Source of the DNA: Synergistaceae bacterium
Lineage (GTDB): Bacteria; Synergistota; Synergistia; Synergistales; Synergistaceae
Assembly (NCBI GenBank): GCA_031289955.1
Contig: JAITOL010000150.1
Span: 1,247-65,246 of the forward strand
DNA length: 64,000 nucleotides
Direction: 5' to 3'
Shown here piece after piece: positions 48,748 through 58,194 of this stretch. Every line of letters starts with the position of its first letter. The stretch's first letter is position 1. Below the pieces are notes generated by a model that saw nothing but the letters and a program-made list of their open reading frames with translations, was not told the origin of the DNA and made no database searches. Made by a program: the position numbers and the translations under genes.

Positions 48748-49983
48748 TTAGTCCAAATGGAGAACATGCCCCATTTTACAACACTTGGTCTGGAGATATT
48801 TTCTGTTGTGCTCGTTCGCTGGAAACTCGAGGGGAACCCTCTCCGTTATCTCGAGCCCGTAGCCCTCCAGCCCTATCATTTTTCTCGGATTGTTCGTTAT
48901 CAGCCTTATTCTTTCAATGCCGAGATCGACCAGTATCTGGGCGCCAACTCCATAATCCCTCTGGTCCGCCTTGTAGCCGAGCGCGATGTTGGCGTCCTGC
49001 GTGTCGAGCCCCTGTTCCTGGAGTTTATAAGCCTTTAGCTTGGCGAGGAGACCTATGCCCCTGCCCTCCTGTCTGAGATAGAGGATGACGCCGGTTCCCT
49101 CTTGCTCTATCATGCCCATGGAGCTGTGGAGCTGCGGCCCGCAGTCGCACCTGAGAGAGCCGAACGTGTCTCCCGAGAGACACTCGGAATGAACTCGAAC
49201 CAACACATTGTCAGCAGAGCTCACATCGCCTTTCACAAGCGCCAGATGTACGAGATCCTCGGAGTCGCCGGCATATTTGTAGGCATGAGCCTTAAAGTCG
49301 CCGTATTCCGTCGGGAGGTTCACCGACACACATCTCTCCACAAGTTTCTCGCGTCCGAGTCGATAACGAATCAGGTCGGCCACAGACACTATTTTGAGGC
49401 CGTGCAGACGCGCGAACTCCACAAGCTGAGGCAGACGGGCCATAGTGCCGTCGTCGTTCAATACCTCGCATATGGCGCCGACTCCGCGCAGCCCTGCCAT
49501 TCTCGTGAGGTCGACGGCGGCTTCCGTATGCCCCGAACGTTTCAGCACTCCCCCGGGCCGGGCCCGAAGAGGGAATATGTGACCGGGACGCCTGAAATCG
49601 TCCGGCCGGGCCGAGGGATCCGCCAGTTTGCGCACAGTGGCCGCCCTTTCTTCCGCCGATATCCCGGTAGTGGTGGATTCCCTGGCGTCCACAGAAACAG
49701 TGAAGGCGGTTCCGTGAAGGTCGGTGTTGTTCTCCACCATAAGCCCGAGGTCGAGCCTGTCCGCTATGTCAGAAGAAAGCGGAACGCATACGAGTCCGCG
49801 CGCGTAGCGGACGAAGAAATTCATCCGCTCCGGGGTGCAGAACTCGGCGGCCATTATCATATCTCCCTCGTTCTCACGGTCCGCGTCGTCGACTACAATG
49901 ACTATTTTACCAGAAGCCACGTCGTTAATGGCTTCATCTATTGTATTTAAACGAACTTTATTATTATCATCTTCCATTTGCAA
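48748..49983 (-). CDS. ribBA: Bifunctional DHBP synthase / GTP cyclohydrolase II
   Basis: 411 aa. N-half with VVDDADRENEGDM, C-half with SLRCDCGPQL. Confidence 0.95.
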   Translation of the reverse strand: MQMEDDNNKVRLNTIDEAINDVASGKIVIVVDDADRENEGDMIMAAEFCTPERMNFFVRYARGLVCVPLSSDIADRLDLGLMVENNTDLHGTAFTVSVDARESTTTGISAEERAATVRKLADPSARPDDFRRPGHIFPLRARPGGVLKRSGHTEAAVDLTRMAGLRGVGAICEVLNDDGTMARLPQLVEFARLHGLKIVSVADLIRYRLGREKLVERCVSVNLPTEYGDFKAHAYKYAGDSEDLVHLALVKGDVSSADNVLVRVHSECLSGDTFGSLRCDCGPQLHSSMGMIEQEGTGVILYLRQEGRGIGLLAKLKAYKLQEQGLDTQDANIALGYKADQRDYGVGAQILVDLGIERIRLITNNPRKMIGLEGYGLEITERVPLEFPANEHNRKYLQTKCCKMGHVLHLD

Positions 49984-49991
49984 TTATCCTC

Positions 49992-50642
49992 CTATCGCCA
50001 CCCATATTCGGAGAGCTTTTCCCATGTGATTCCCCCGGCCGCCGCCGCGTCATCCCTGCGGAACATCCGGGCCACATAACGCGCCATCACATCTATTTCT
50101 ATATTCACCCTGCCGCCGGGCGCCAAAAAACCCAGCGTCGTCCCGCTAAGCGTGGCAGGAATCAGCCCCACGGAGAACATATCGTCTCCGGAATCTATAA
50201 CGGTCAGGCTCACTCCGTCTATCGCCACCGATCCTTTAGGGGCGACGCCCCATGAGATATTATCCGGCGCGGTTATCCATATTTTTTTCGAATCTCCGTC
50301 CGGATCGACCCTCGCCACGGCGCCGACTGCGTCCACGTGCCCCAGCACCATATGCCCGTCGAGCCTGCCGCCCAGTTTGAGCGCCCTCTCCAGGTTGACC
50401 CGCTCTCCGGTTTTCAGCGAACCCAGACGGGTGGAGCGCAGAGTCTCCGCCATCATCTGAGCGTAAAATATCCTCCCGCCCGATGCTGTGGCCGTGAGAC
50501 AAGCCCCGGAAACCGCCACCGACTCGCCCACAGCGACGCAGGACGCTATCTGAGGGGCGTCGAGACCGATGGAGGCGACGCCTCCGGAAGGAGGAGATAT
50601 GGATACGACTGTTCCCACGCACTCTACAAGGCCCGTGAACAC
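49992..50642 (-). CDS. ribE: Riboflavin synthase
   Basis: 216 aa with MFTGLVE at the N-terminus and two lumazine-binding repeats. Confidence 0.94.
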   Translation of the reverse strand: MFTGLVECVGTVVSISPPSGGVASIGLDAPQIASCVAVGESVAVSGACLTATASGGRIFYAQMMAETLRSTRLGSLKTGERVNLERALKLGGRLDGHMVLGHVDAVGAVARVDPDGDSKKIWITAPDNISWGVAPKGSVAIDGVSLTVIDSGDDMFSVGLIPATLSGTTLGFLAPGGRVNIEIDVMARYVARMFRRDDAAAAGGITWEKLSEYGWR

Positions 50643-51772
50643 GACGGCGTCCCCCTGAGCCAGACGTCTTCCCCGACCCTCCGTATATCGAGGTCTTTGA
50701 TCTCCACCACCTCGTCCATCAGTGAGAATGAAAGTCCCGACGTCATAGTCATACCCCTTCCCATGAGCTTGGGAGCGATAAAAAGCGATAACTCGTCGAC
50801 ATTCCCGGATTTTAAAAATGAGCCGACGAGTCCGGCGCCCCCTTCAATCATCAGGTAATTCATCCCCATTGCTCCAAGTTCATTTAAAATAGCCGAAGGA
50901 GAAATGTGGCCGTCTTCTCCGGTCTCGAGCTCCACTATCTTTATCCCCGCGTTCCGGAGCTGTGCGGCGCGTTTTTGCCTGGCCGGGCGTCCCGTGAATA
51001 TGAGGCGTTCCCCGTCCATGAGAGCCGCCGCTCCGTCGGGCGAGGCAAGATCCCTGTCGACTATCGCCTTCATCGGGGATTTGCCGTCCGTGTCCCTGAC
51101 ATTCAGTTTGGGGTCGTCCTTCAGCACCGTCCCTATACCCACCATCACCACGTCGTTTTCCGCCCTCAGCATATGCGCCTTTCTTCTGGCGGCGACGCCG
51201 GTTATCCACTGGCTTTCGCCGTTCGGAAGGGCTACGCGCCCATCCGTCGACAACGCGGATTTAATCGTTACCCAGGGGCGCCCATCGTTTACTCTTTTGA
51301 TAAAACCCCTGTTGATCCTCCGACATTCGTCCTCGAGCACCCCGCATATGACTTCGGCCCCGGAAGATTCCAGCGCCCTGACTCCTCCGCCGGACACCCT
51401 GGGATCGGGATCAGCCATACCGGCGACCACCCTGGTTATCCCCGCTTTTATGAGTGCGTCGCAGCAGGGAGGAGTATGCCCCGTGTGGCAGCACGGTTCG
51501 AGCGTTACGTAGGCCGTGCATCCGCAGACGGAACGTCCGGCATCGGCGAGCGCGGCCGCCTCGGCGTGCGGGCCGCCGTACTGTTTGTGATAACCGCGTG
51601 AAACTACATGGCCATCCGGCGAAGCATAGTCAACTATCACGCATCCGACGCGCGGATTCGGGCTGACGCGTCCGATGCCGCGACGCGCCAGAGACAATGC
51701 CATTCTCATATAGTATTCATGCCTGTTTCTCTCCGACGCCGATATATTAATCAACCGCGAATCCGCCTCCAA
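50624..51772 (-). CDS. ribD: Bifunctional riboflavin deaminase/reductase
   Basis: 382 aa with zinc deaminase motifs GPHAEAAAL and TLEPCCHTGHTPPC plus a reductase half. TTG start only 4 nt after the uvrC stop. An alternative TTG at 51754 lies behind GGAGG. Confidence 0.93.
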   Translation of the reverse strand: MEADSRLINISASERNRHEYYMRMALSLARRGIGRVSPNPRVGCVIVDYASPDGHVVSRGYHKQYGGPHAEAAALADAGRSVCGCTAYVTLEPCCHTGHTPPCCDALIKAGITRVVAGMADPDPRVSGGGVRALESSGAEVICGVLEDECRRINRGFIKRVNDGRPWVTIKSALSTDGRVALPNGESQWITGVAARRKAHMLRAENDVVMVGIGTVLKDDPKLNVRDTDGKSPMKAIVDRDLASPDGAAALMDGERLIFTGRPARQKRAAQLRNAGIKIVELETGEDGHISPSAILNELGAMGMNYLMIEGGAGLVGSFLKSGNVDELSLFIAPKLMGRGMTMTSGLSFSLMDEVVEIKDLDIRRVGEDVWLRGTPSCSRAL

Positions 51773-51776
51773 AACT

Positions 51777-53240
51777 TTACGGCGCCGAAATGTCGAGAGC
51801 TTTCAACACCCGCTCCGCCAAAATCGGACCTACTCCGGGAACTGACGACAGCTCATCGTTCGATAAGCGCGCTATCGCTCTTATGCTGCCGAACCGCGAC
51901 AACAGTTGAGAGACCCTATTTTTACCCATTCCCGGAATATCTTCAAGCGCGCTGCGCGAAAATTTTTTATCCCTCGCCCGCCTGTGAGACGTTATGGCAA
52001 ACCTGTGCGCCTCATCCCTCACCCGCTGGAGGAGCAGAAGCCCCGGATCATCCAGCGGCATCCGCATGGGATCTTTCACACCCGGGACGTATATTTCCTC
52101 TTCCCTCTTGGCGAGGGACACTGTCGGTATTTTCGACAGCCCGAGCTCCCTGAGCGCAGAGAGCGCGAACTCGAGCTGCACCGGACCGCCGTCTATCATT
52201 ATAAGCTGAGGCATCGGTTCCTGCCTCTCGATGCATCGCTTGTACCTTCTCGTGAGCGTCTCCTCCATGGATCTGAAATCGTCTATGCCTTCGACGGTTT
52301 TGATATTGAACCTGCGGTAGAGCGATGTGTTGGCTATGCCCTGCTCGAACACGACGACGACGCCCACGGTATTCTCCCCCGCCGTGTGGGATATATCGTA
52401 ACCGTCTATCCTCCACGGCAAGGTCTTGAGACCCAAAGACTCCTGAAGGCTTTTGAGGGGCGTCCACTCCGTCTTGTTTTCCTCGAACATCGCCGGGGTC
52501 GAAAGACGCTGACGCGAAACGCGCCAGATAGCTCTGATGGTGTCCCTGAGACGGGCCGCCTCCTCGAAATCCATCCGGTTTGCCGATAAATCCATCCTTT
52601 TGTGGAGGCGATTCGCGAGATCGGCGCCTTTTCCCTGAAGCAACATGACGAGATCGGCGACCCTCTCGCGATATTGAGCCTCCGTGCATAAACCGGCGCA
52701 TGGCGCCATGCAGAGATTGAGCGTATGCCTCATGCACGGGCGTGTCAACGGTAATTTATCGGAGCGAATCTGGATGGAGCAGGTGCGAAGCGGAAAATAT
52801 CTTTCGCTTATGCGCAAAAGGGATCTGAGGTCTCCTGTATGCACAAACGGCCCTATATAGACTGCCCCGTCCTCCTGTCTGTGCCTCGTCACGATAGTTC
52901 TTGGAAAATCCTCGCTGGTAATTTTTATGAAAGGATAACGCTCGCCCATTTTCAGTTCGACATTGAAGAAAGGCTGATATAGCTTGATGAGCCTTGATTC
53001 GAGAACCATGGCCTCGGCTTCGCTGTCCGTCCTTATTGTCGAAATATCCGATATATCGGCAACCAGCCTTGCGAGGCGCGGGGATGCGAAAGTGGCGTGC
53101 CTGAAATATGACGAGACCCTTTTTTTAAGCGATTTCGCCTTTCCTATATATATGGCGTTACCGTCCTTCCCGTGCATTATGTAAACTCCGGGTTTGTCCG
53201 GGAAACGCTTTATCATTTTGAGCAAACTCTCTCTATCCAT
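51777..53240 (-). CDS. uvrC: Excinuclease ABC subunit C
   Basis: GIY-YIG domain (PGVYIMHGKDGNAIYIGKAKSLKKRV), UVR motif (FEEAARLRDTIRAI), RNase-H-like nuclease (IDGYDISH) and a C-terminal (HhH)2. Start set to the ATG at 53240 (MDRESLLKMI). The ORF-track start is 53318. Confidence 0.92.
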   Translation of the reverse strand: MDRESLLKMIKRFPDKPGVYIMHGKDGNAIYIGKAKSLKKRVSSYFRHATFASPRLARLVADISDISTIRTDSEAEAMVLESRLIKLYQPFFNVELKMGERYPFIKITSEDFPRTIVTRHRQEDGAVYIGPFVHTGDLRSLLRISERYFPLRTCSIQIRSDKLPLTRPCMRHTLNLCMAPCAGLCTEAQYRERVADLVMLLQGKGADLANRLHKRMDLSANRMDFEEAARLRDTIRAIWRVSRQRLSTPAMFEENKTEWTPLKSLQESLGLKTLPWRIDGYDISHTAGENTVGVVVVFEQGIANTSLYRRFNIKTVEGIDDFRSMEETLTRRYKRCIERQEPMPQLIMIDGGPVQLEFALSALRELGLSKIPTVSLAKREEEIYVPGVKDPMRMPLDDPGLLLLQRVRDEAHRFAITSHRRARDKKFSRSALEDIPGMGKNRVSQLLSRFGSIRAIARLSNDELSSVPGVGPILAERVLKALDISAP

Positions 53241-53373
53241 AGGACACGCCTTCAAATCTTCAAGCTGTGGCTTTTTGCCAACGAAGAACACATTATACGG
53301 TATGGCACTCACCAGCATTATAGTATAAAATATAAAGGTATGCTATAAGATTTCTCAGGAGGTGCAACCCTGC

Positions 53374-54810
53374 TTGAAGTTACAGCTTTATAACGATTTG
53401 TCCGGCAATCTGGAACCCTTTGAACCGCTGGAACCCGGACACGTCAAGTTTTATACGTGCGGTCCTACCGTCTACGATTATTTTCATATAGGCAACGCAA
53501 GACCATTTATAGTTTTCGACGTACTGCGCAGATACCTGGAATCAAAGGGCCTCGAGGTATCGTTCATACAAAATTTCACAGATATAGACGACAAAATGAT
53601 ACAGCGGGCCGAGCAGATGGGCATAACGGTGCGCGAGCTTGCGGAAAAATTTATCTCCGCTTACTACGAGGACGCGGATTCGCTGGGGATAAAACGGGCG
53701 ACATACAACCCAAGGGCGACCGATGAGATAGCGTCCATCATCGGGCTCATCCAAACCCTCGTGGACAAGGGGCACGCGTATCCGGCAGATGGGGACGTCT
53801 ACTTCGAGGTGGACACGTTCCCACAGTATGGCAAATTATCAAAACAGAGCCTCGATGACCTCCGCTCCGGCGCCCGAGTCGAGGTGGACGAGCGCAAGCG
53901 CGCCCCTTTGGATTTCGCGCTCTGGAAAGCGCAAAAACCGGGCGAACCAGCCTGGGAGAGCCCATGGGGAATGGGACGCCCCGGATGGCACATCGAATGC
54001 AGCGCAATGGCCCACCACCATCTCGGAGACACCATCGACATTCACGGCGGCGGCAGCGACCTAATGTTTCCCCATCACGAGAACGAGATAGCCCAGAGCG
54101 AGGCGGCGAACGGAAAACTTTTCGCCCGTTTTTGGATACACAACGAATATCTCATGATCGACCGGGAGAAGATGTCGAAGTCTATAGGAAATTTCTTCAC
54201 CGTCAGGGAGGTGCGCGCGAAATATGCCGCGCCGGTGATACGTCTTTTCATGCTGTCGGCGCACTATCGCTCCCCCATAAACTTTTCGCCTGAAACGCTC
54301 GATCAGGCCGCGCACGCGCATGATCGCCTCCGCAACGGCTGGGCGGAGATAGAGTTCGCGATGAAAACGCGTCCATGCGACGCGGTTCCGTGCGAACCGG
54401 ACGCCGAACTGAGGGAAGAGCTCAGGGACGCGCTCGGGCTGTTCGACAAATGTATGCAGGAGGACTTCAATACGGCCGGCGCCATAGGGGCGGTCTTCGA
54501 TGTGATCCGGGCGACGAACGTATCTCTCGGTCATCCCGGAGGGATAGACTACGAGATAGTCAAAGAAGCGGCCGATTTCCTGCGGATGGTCGACGAAGTG
54601 ATGGGCATAATTCAGATTGGAGCGGGCGACCGCGGCGACGCCGAAACGGAGGAAATAGAATCCCTCATAGCGGAGAGGGAGGACGCGAGGCGCGGCAAAA
54701 ACTTCGCTCGTTCCGACGAAATAAGGAACATATTGAACGAACGGGGCATAATACTGGAGGATACGCCTCAGGGCACGAGGTGGAAACGCGCCCAGGACGG
54801 CGGCAAATGA
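53374..54810 (+). CDS. cysS: Cysteine--tRNA ligase
   Basis: HIGNARP and KMSKSIGN motifs. The ORF-track GTG (53362) lies inside AGGAGG (53357-53362), so the TTG at 53374 (MKLQLYNDLSG) is the likely start. Confidence 0.94.
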   Translation: MKLQLYNDLSGNLEPFEPLEPGHVKFYTCGPTVYDYFHIGNARPFIVFDVLRRYLESKGLEVSFIQNFTDIDDKMIQRAEQMGITVRELAEKFISAYYEDADSLGIKRATYNPRATDEIASIIGLIQTLVDKGHAYPADGDVYFEVDTFPQYGKLSKQSLDDLRSGARVEVDERKRAPLDFALWKAQKPGEPAWESPWGMGRPGWHIECSAMAHHHLGDTIDIHGGGSDLMFPHHENEIAQSEAANGKLFARFWIHNEYLMIDREKMSKSIGNFFTVREVRAKYAAPVIRLFMLSAHYRSPINFSPETLDQAAHAHDRLRNGWAEIEFAMKTRPCDAVPCEPDAELREELRDALGLFDKCMQEDFNTAGAIGAVFDVIRATNVSLGHPGGIDYEIVKEAADFLRMVDEVMGIIQIGAGDRGDAETEEIESLIAEREDARRGKNFARSDEIRNILNERGIILEDTPQGTRWKRAQDGGK

Positions 54811-54817
54811 TAAAAAA

Positions 54818-54852
54818 ACAAGGGGCCCTGACCGATTCGGCGGGCCCCTTGT
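54818..54852. terminator. Bidirectional terminator between convergent cysS and the nitroreductase-fold gene
   Basis: 11-bp stem ACAAGGGGCCC (54818-54828) / GGGCCCCTTGT (54842-54852), flanked by an A-run upstream (54812-54818) and TTGTTTGT downstream. Confidence 0.85.
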
Positions 54853-54869
54853 TTGTCAATATCCCAGCG

Positions 54870-55517
54870 CTATTGACGTTTTCCGAGAGGCATTATGCAA
54901 AGAGGGGTCTCTCCGTCCCGCAGCTTGAGCTCGTTTTTCATGCCGTCGCCATTGAACGAGACCATGTAACGCCCGCTGATTCCAAGAGAATCCGCCGCCA
55001 GATAGATATTCTGGGTCATGGCGCCCGTAGCGATGTAAGCCAGGGAATTTCCTGCGTTCAAACTTGCCATCGAACCGAGGTCTCCCGCGTCGGTCACAAA
55101 GACCAGCACGCAGGGGGACTCCTTCACAAAACCGTCGCCCGTTATTTCGCCCAGCGCGTTTTTATTGGAAATCTCGACGAGAGAGTGCTCTTTCCAGTCG
55201 TACAGGAAAACTCCGTCGGGCTTGACGGCGTAGATTTTCACATATGGGGACTTGCCGCCCGCCGTCGGCACTGTCCAGCCCTTTCCATCCCTGTTGAGAC
55301 CGGTCGCGGCCCATAGTATGGTGGACAGTTCATCGAGAGATATGTCATTTTTAGGAAAATCTCCCCTCGTTCCGGACGCCCTTTTCTCGAGCAGGCCGAA
55401 AATTCCATCCCCGCCCCCGCGTTTTGGATCCGGAAGTTTGACGTCGGCCCACGCCGCGCCGGCAGCCACTACACAACACATAATGATGCTCATACATAAA
55501 ATAATCTTGCGCGACAC
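54870..55517 (-). CDS. Nitroreductase-fold (SagB/ThcOx-like) protein with an N-terminal signal peptide
   Basis: 215 aa. The N-terminus KIILCMSIIMCCVVAAGAAWA-DV looks like a Sec signal with an AxA cleavage site. The core contains LDELSTILWAATGLNRDG..TVPTAGG.SPY, typical of this fold. Confidence 0.75.
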   Translation of the reverse strand: MSRKIILCMSIIMCCVVAAGAAWADVKLPDPKRGGGDGIFGLLEKRASGTRGDFPKNDISLDELSTILWAATGLNRDGKGWTVPTAGGKSPYVKIYAVKPDGVFLYDWKEHSLVEISNKNALGEITGDGFVKESPCVLVFVTDAGDLGSMASLNAGNSLAYIATGAMTQNIYLAADSLGISGRYMVSFNGDGMKNELKLRDGETPLCIMPLGKRQ

Positions 55518-55551
55518 ATCACTCGCCTCCTTAAAGCGTTTTTAGAAACTC

Positions 55552-55580
55552 ATTATAATCGTAGCGCAAAATTACAATAA
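55552..55580 (-). promoter_or_regulatory. Candidate promoter of the nitroreductase-fold gene
   Basis: On the minus strand: TTATTG (55580-55575), a 17-nt spacer, then TATAAT (55557-55552). AAGGAGG Shine-Dalgarno at 55527-55533. Confidence 0.4.
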
Positions 55581-55598
55581 TGTCAGTGCGTAAATACG

Positions 55599-56660
55599 TC
55601 AAGAAAAATCATCGATGGCTTGTCGCAGATGAGAAGAAAACGCGGAGGACATCGCGTCGATTCCTCCAGACGCGACAGCTTTGCCCCTCCTGAAAAGCAC
55701 GAAACCGCCGCTTGTTCCGGCTATTCCTATGTCAGCCGCCGCGGCTTCGCGCGGTCCGTTCACCTCGCATCCCATGACGGCAACCGTAAATCCATCCGGC
55801 AGTTCGTCGGGCAGAAGCCCCTTCGCCAGTTCGACGAGCTCCCCCACATCGACCCGCCTTCTGCCGCAGCAGGGACAGCTTATCAGGTTCATTCCGCGTT
55901 CGCGCAGGCCCAGCGACCTGAGTATTGTGTACGCGACGTCGACCTCGGTTTTAGAGTCTCCGGTGAGGCTCACCCTCATAGTGTCCCCGATGCCCTGCGC
56001 GAGAAGTATTCCAAGCCCGGCGGCGCTCTTTACCGCGCCGTGAATACCGGGCCCTGCCTCCGTTATTCCTATGTGGAGGGGAAAATCGTATCTGCCGGAC
56101 AGTATGAAATTGGCCCGAACAGTCTCCGTGACGGAGCTCGATTTCGCCGATATTATGATGTCGTCGAACCCGGCGTCAGCGAGAACCCCGAGCTGTTCCG
56201 CCACCGCGTTTACAAGCGCCGTGACGCGATCCCCTCCGCTTGCGGCGAGCTGACCGCCGCTCAAAGACCCTCCGTTCGACCCTATTCTGATTGCGGCGCC
56301 ATTGGCACGGGCAGACGACAGCACCGATTCGAGCCCCGCCCTGTCCGTCATGTTGCCTGGATTTATCCGTATGGACTCAGCGCCGCAGTCGAGCGCCGCT
56401 ATGGCAAATTTGTGGTTGAAGTGTATGTCGGCCATTATCGGAATCTCCGAAGCCGCGATCAGGCGGGAGAACCGCGCGATGTGAGACTCGTCCGGAAAGG
56501 CCACTCGCGCCAGCTCGCACCCCGAGCGTTTGAGGCATTTCAGCTCTTCCAAACAGCCATCCATGTCCTCCAGCCGCGTTTTCAGCATGCTTTCGACGCG
56601 CACCGGAGCGTTGCCTCCTATTTTCAGCCCACCTATATTTATCTGCCGCGAACTGCCCAT
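55599..56660 (-). CDS. ispG: 4-hydroxy-3-methylbut-2-enyl diphosphate synthase
   Basis: 353 aa of the GcpE family, with the C-terminal Fe-S motif ISCPCCGRR...GCEVNGP. Confidence 0.94.
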   Translation of the reverse strand: MGSSRQINIGGLKIGGNAPVRVESMLKTRLEDMDGCLEELKCLKRSGCELARVAFPDESHIARFSRLIAASEIPIMADIHFNHKFAIAALDCGAESIRINPGNMTDRAGLESVLSSARANGAAIRIGSNGGSLSGGQLAASGGDRVTALVNAVAEQLGVLADAGFDDIIISAKSSSVTETVRANFILSGRYDFPLHIGITEAGPGIHGAVKSAAGLGILLAQGIGDTMRVSLTGDSKTEVDVAYTILRSLGLRERGMNLISCPCCGRRRVDVGELVELAKGLLPDELPDGFTVAVMGCEVNGPREAAAADIGIAGTSGGFVLFRRGKAVASGGIDAMSSAFSSHLRQAIDDFS

Positions 56661-56692
56661 AGCATATCCTCCATATAATTCTCACACGTCTT

Positions 56693-56722
56693 ATGAAAAG
56701 GGCCGGTGAAAATCACCGGCCC
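56693..56722 (-). terminator. Rho-independent terminator after gdh
   Basis: 10-bp stem GGGCCGGTGA (56700-56709) / TCACCGGCCC (56713-56722), followed on the minus strand by TTTTC. Confidence 0.8.
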
Positions 56723-56750
56723 GCAATTTTTATGACGCGGCTCTTTGAAA

Positions 56751-58028
56751 TTACAGGAACGTACCGCGCATCTTGACTGCGTCGGCAACGCGCTTGATCG
56801 CCACGAGGAACGCGGCGCGGCGCATTTTGACGTCGTGGTTCTTCGCGTAATTCCATACCCTGTGGAAGTTATCCGTCATGATCGGTATGAGTCTGTTGTT
56901 GTACTCGTCCTCCGTCCAGAAGTAACCGCCCAGGTTCTGAACCCATTCGAAGTAGGAACCGATGACTCCGCCTGAGTTCGCCAGGAAGTCGGGGACGATT
57001 ATTACGCCCTTGGAACCGAGCGCCTCGTCCGCGTCAGGCGTTACCGGCCCATTGGCGCCTTCCACGATATATCTCGCCTTGATCCTTGCCGCGTTCTTCG
57101 CGTTGACCGCGCCTTCGAGAGCGCAGGGCGTGAGAACGTCAGCTTCGACTTCGAGTATCTCTTCGCCGGAAATCCGGGAGAGGCCGGACTGGGTGAAACC
57201 TTCGAGCATCTTCTTCGGGTGGTTCGTGACGTGGTCGAAAGCTTTATTTACGTCTATTCCATCCGGAGCGTAGTAACCGCCCGTTACGTCGGATATGCCC
57301 ACGATCTTAGCCCCGACTTCGGACAGGAATTTAGCCGCGTAGGAACCGACGTTGCCGAAGCCCTGTATGATTATTTTGGCGCCTTTTACGTCGATTTTCT
57401 CGGCTATGAGAAGCTCCTTGATGCAGGTGAACACGCCGAGTCCCGTCGCGGCCGTCCTGCCCTTCGATCCCCATATGGAAATGGGCTTGCCGGTGACGAC
57501 GCCGGGCTCGAATCTGCCGCGCATCTTGCTGATGGTATCCATGAACCAAACCATCTCAGACGCCCCGGTGTTCACGTCGGGCGCGGGAACGTCCTCCCAC
57601 TCGCCCACTATCGGCGACACGCGGGCCGCGAATGTGCGCGTCATTCTCTCTCTCTCGGTCGTCGAAAGCTCCAGGGGATCGCACGCTATACCGCCCTTGC
57701 CGCCGCCGTAAGGAATGCCGGCCAGCGAGCATTTCCACGTCATAAGGCTTCCGAGCGCCTCGCATTCTTCGAGGTCGACGTCGGGGTGATAGCGGAAACC
57801 GCCCTTTGCCGGGCCGAGAGCGGTCGAATGTTGTACCCGGTAACCTTCGAAAACACGCGTGCTGCCGTCATCCATCGTTATAGGTATGGAAACGCATATT
57901 GCGCGCTCGGGACGGCTCAATATTTCGACAAGCCCATCCTCGAGCCCCATTTCCTCGGCTGCTCCATAAAAATTTTCGAGAGCTGTGTCGAGAAGCACGT
58001 TTTTTGAAGTACGTTTAACTACTGACAT
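56751..58028 (-). CDS. gdhA: Glutamate dehydrogenase (Glu/Leu/Phe/Val dehydrogenase family)
   Basis: 425 aa with the catalytic Lys region GIPYGGGKGGIA and the Rossmann motif IQGFGNVG. Confidence 0.94.
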   Translation of the reverse strand: MSVVKRTSKNVLLDTALENFYGAAEEMGLEDGLVEILSRPERAICVSIPITMDDGSTRVFEGYRVQHSTALGPAKGGFRYHPDVDLEECEALGSLMTWKCSLAGIPYGGGKGGIACDPLELSTTERERMTRTFAARVSPIVGEWEDVPAPDVNTGASEMVWFMDTISKMRGRFEPGVVTGKPISIWGSKGRTAATGLGVFTCIKELLIAEKIDVKGAKIIIQGFGNVGSYAAKFLSEVGAKIVGISDVTGGYYAPDGIDVNKAFDHVTNHPKKMLEGFTQSGLSRISGEEILEVEADVLTPCALEGAVNAKNAARIKARYIVEGANGPVTPDADEALGSKGVIIVPDFLANSGGVIGSYFEWVQNLGGYFWTEDEYNNRLIPIMTDNFHRVWNYAKNHDVKMRRAAFLVAIKRVADAVKMRGTFL

Positions 58029-58194
58029 TATTCTTATCCCTCCTCAGAGTATTTGCTGCATGAAAATAACGCCTGTCCTTAGGGGAAGTTATCTGGAAAA
58101 TATTGTATGACTTTCTTGCGGAAAGTAAAGCAGTATTTTTGTGCAAAATTATTCAGACTATTCTACAAAACTCTAAATAATAACAAAATCATTT

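Noticed and set aside
51709-51900. Possible FMN riboswitch upstream of ribD.
   Set aside because: The region is uvrC coding sequence up to 4 nt before ribD. I could not find the conserved RFN blocks. A covariance-model search is needed for certainty.
58130-58146. Sigma54-like element TTGCAC-N5-TACTGC upstream of gdh.
   Set aside because: The essential GG of the -24 element is TG here and the -12 element is TACTGC rather than TTGC. A sigma70-like TTTACT-N16-TACAAT further downstream is a simpler explanation.
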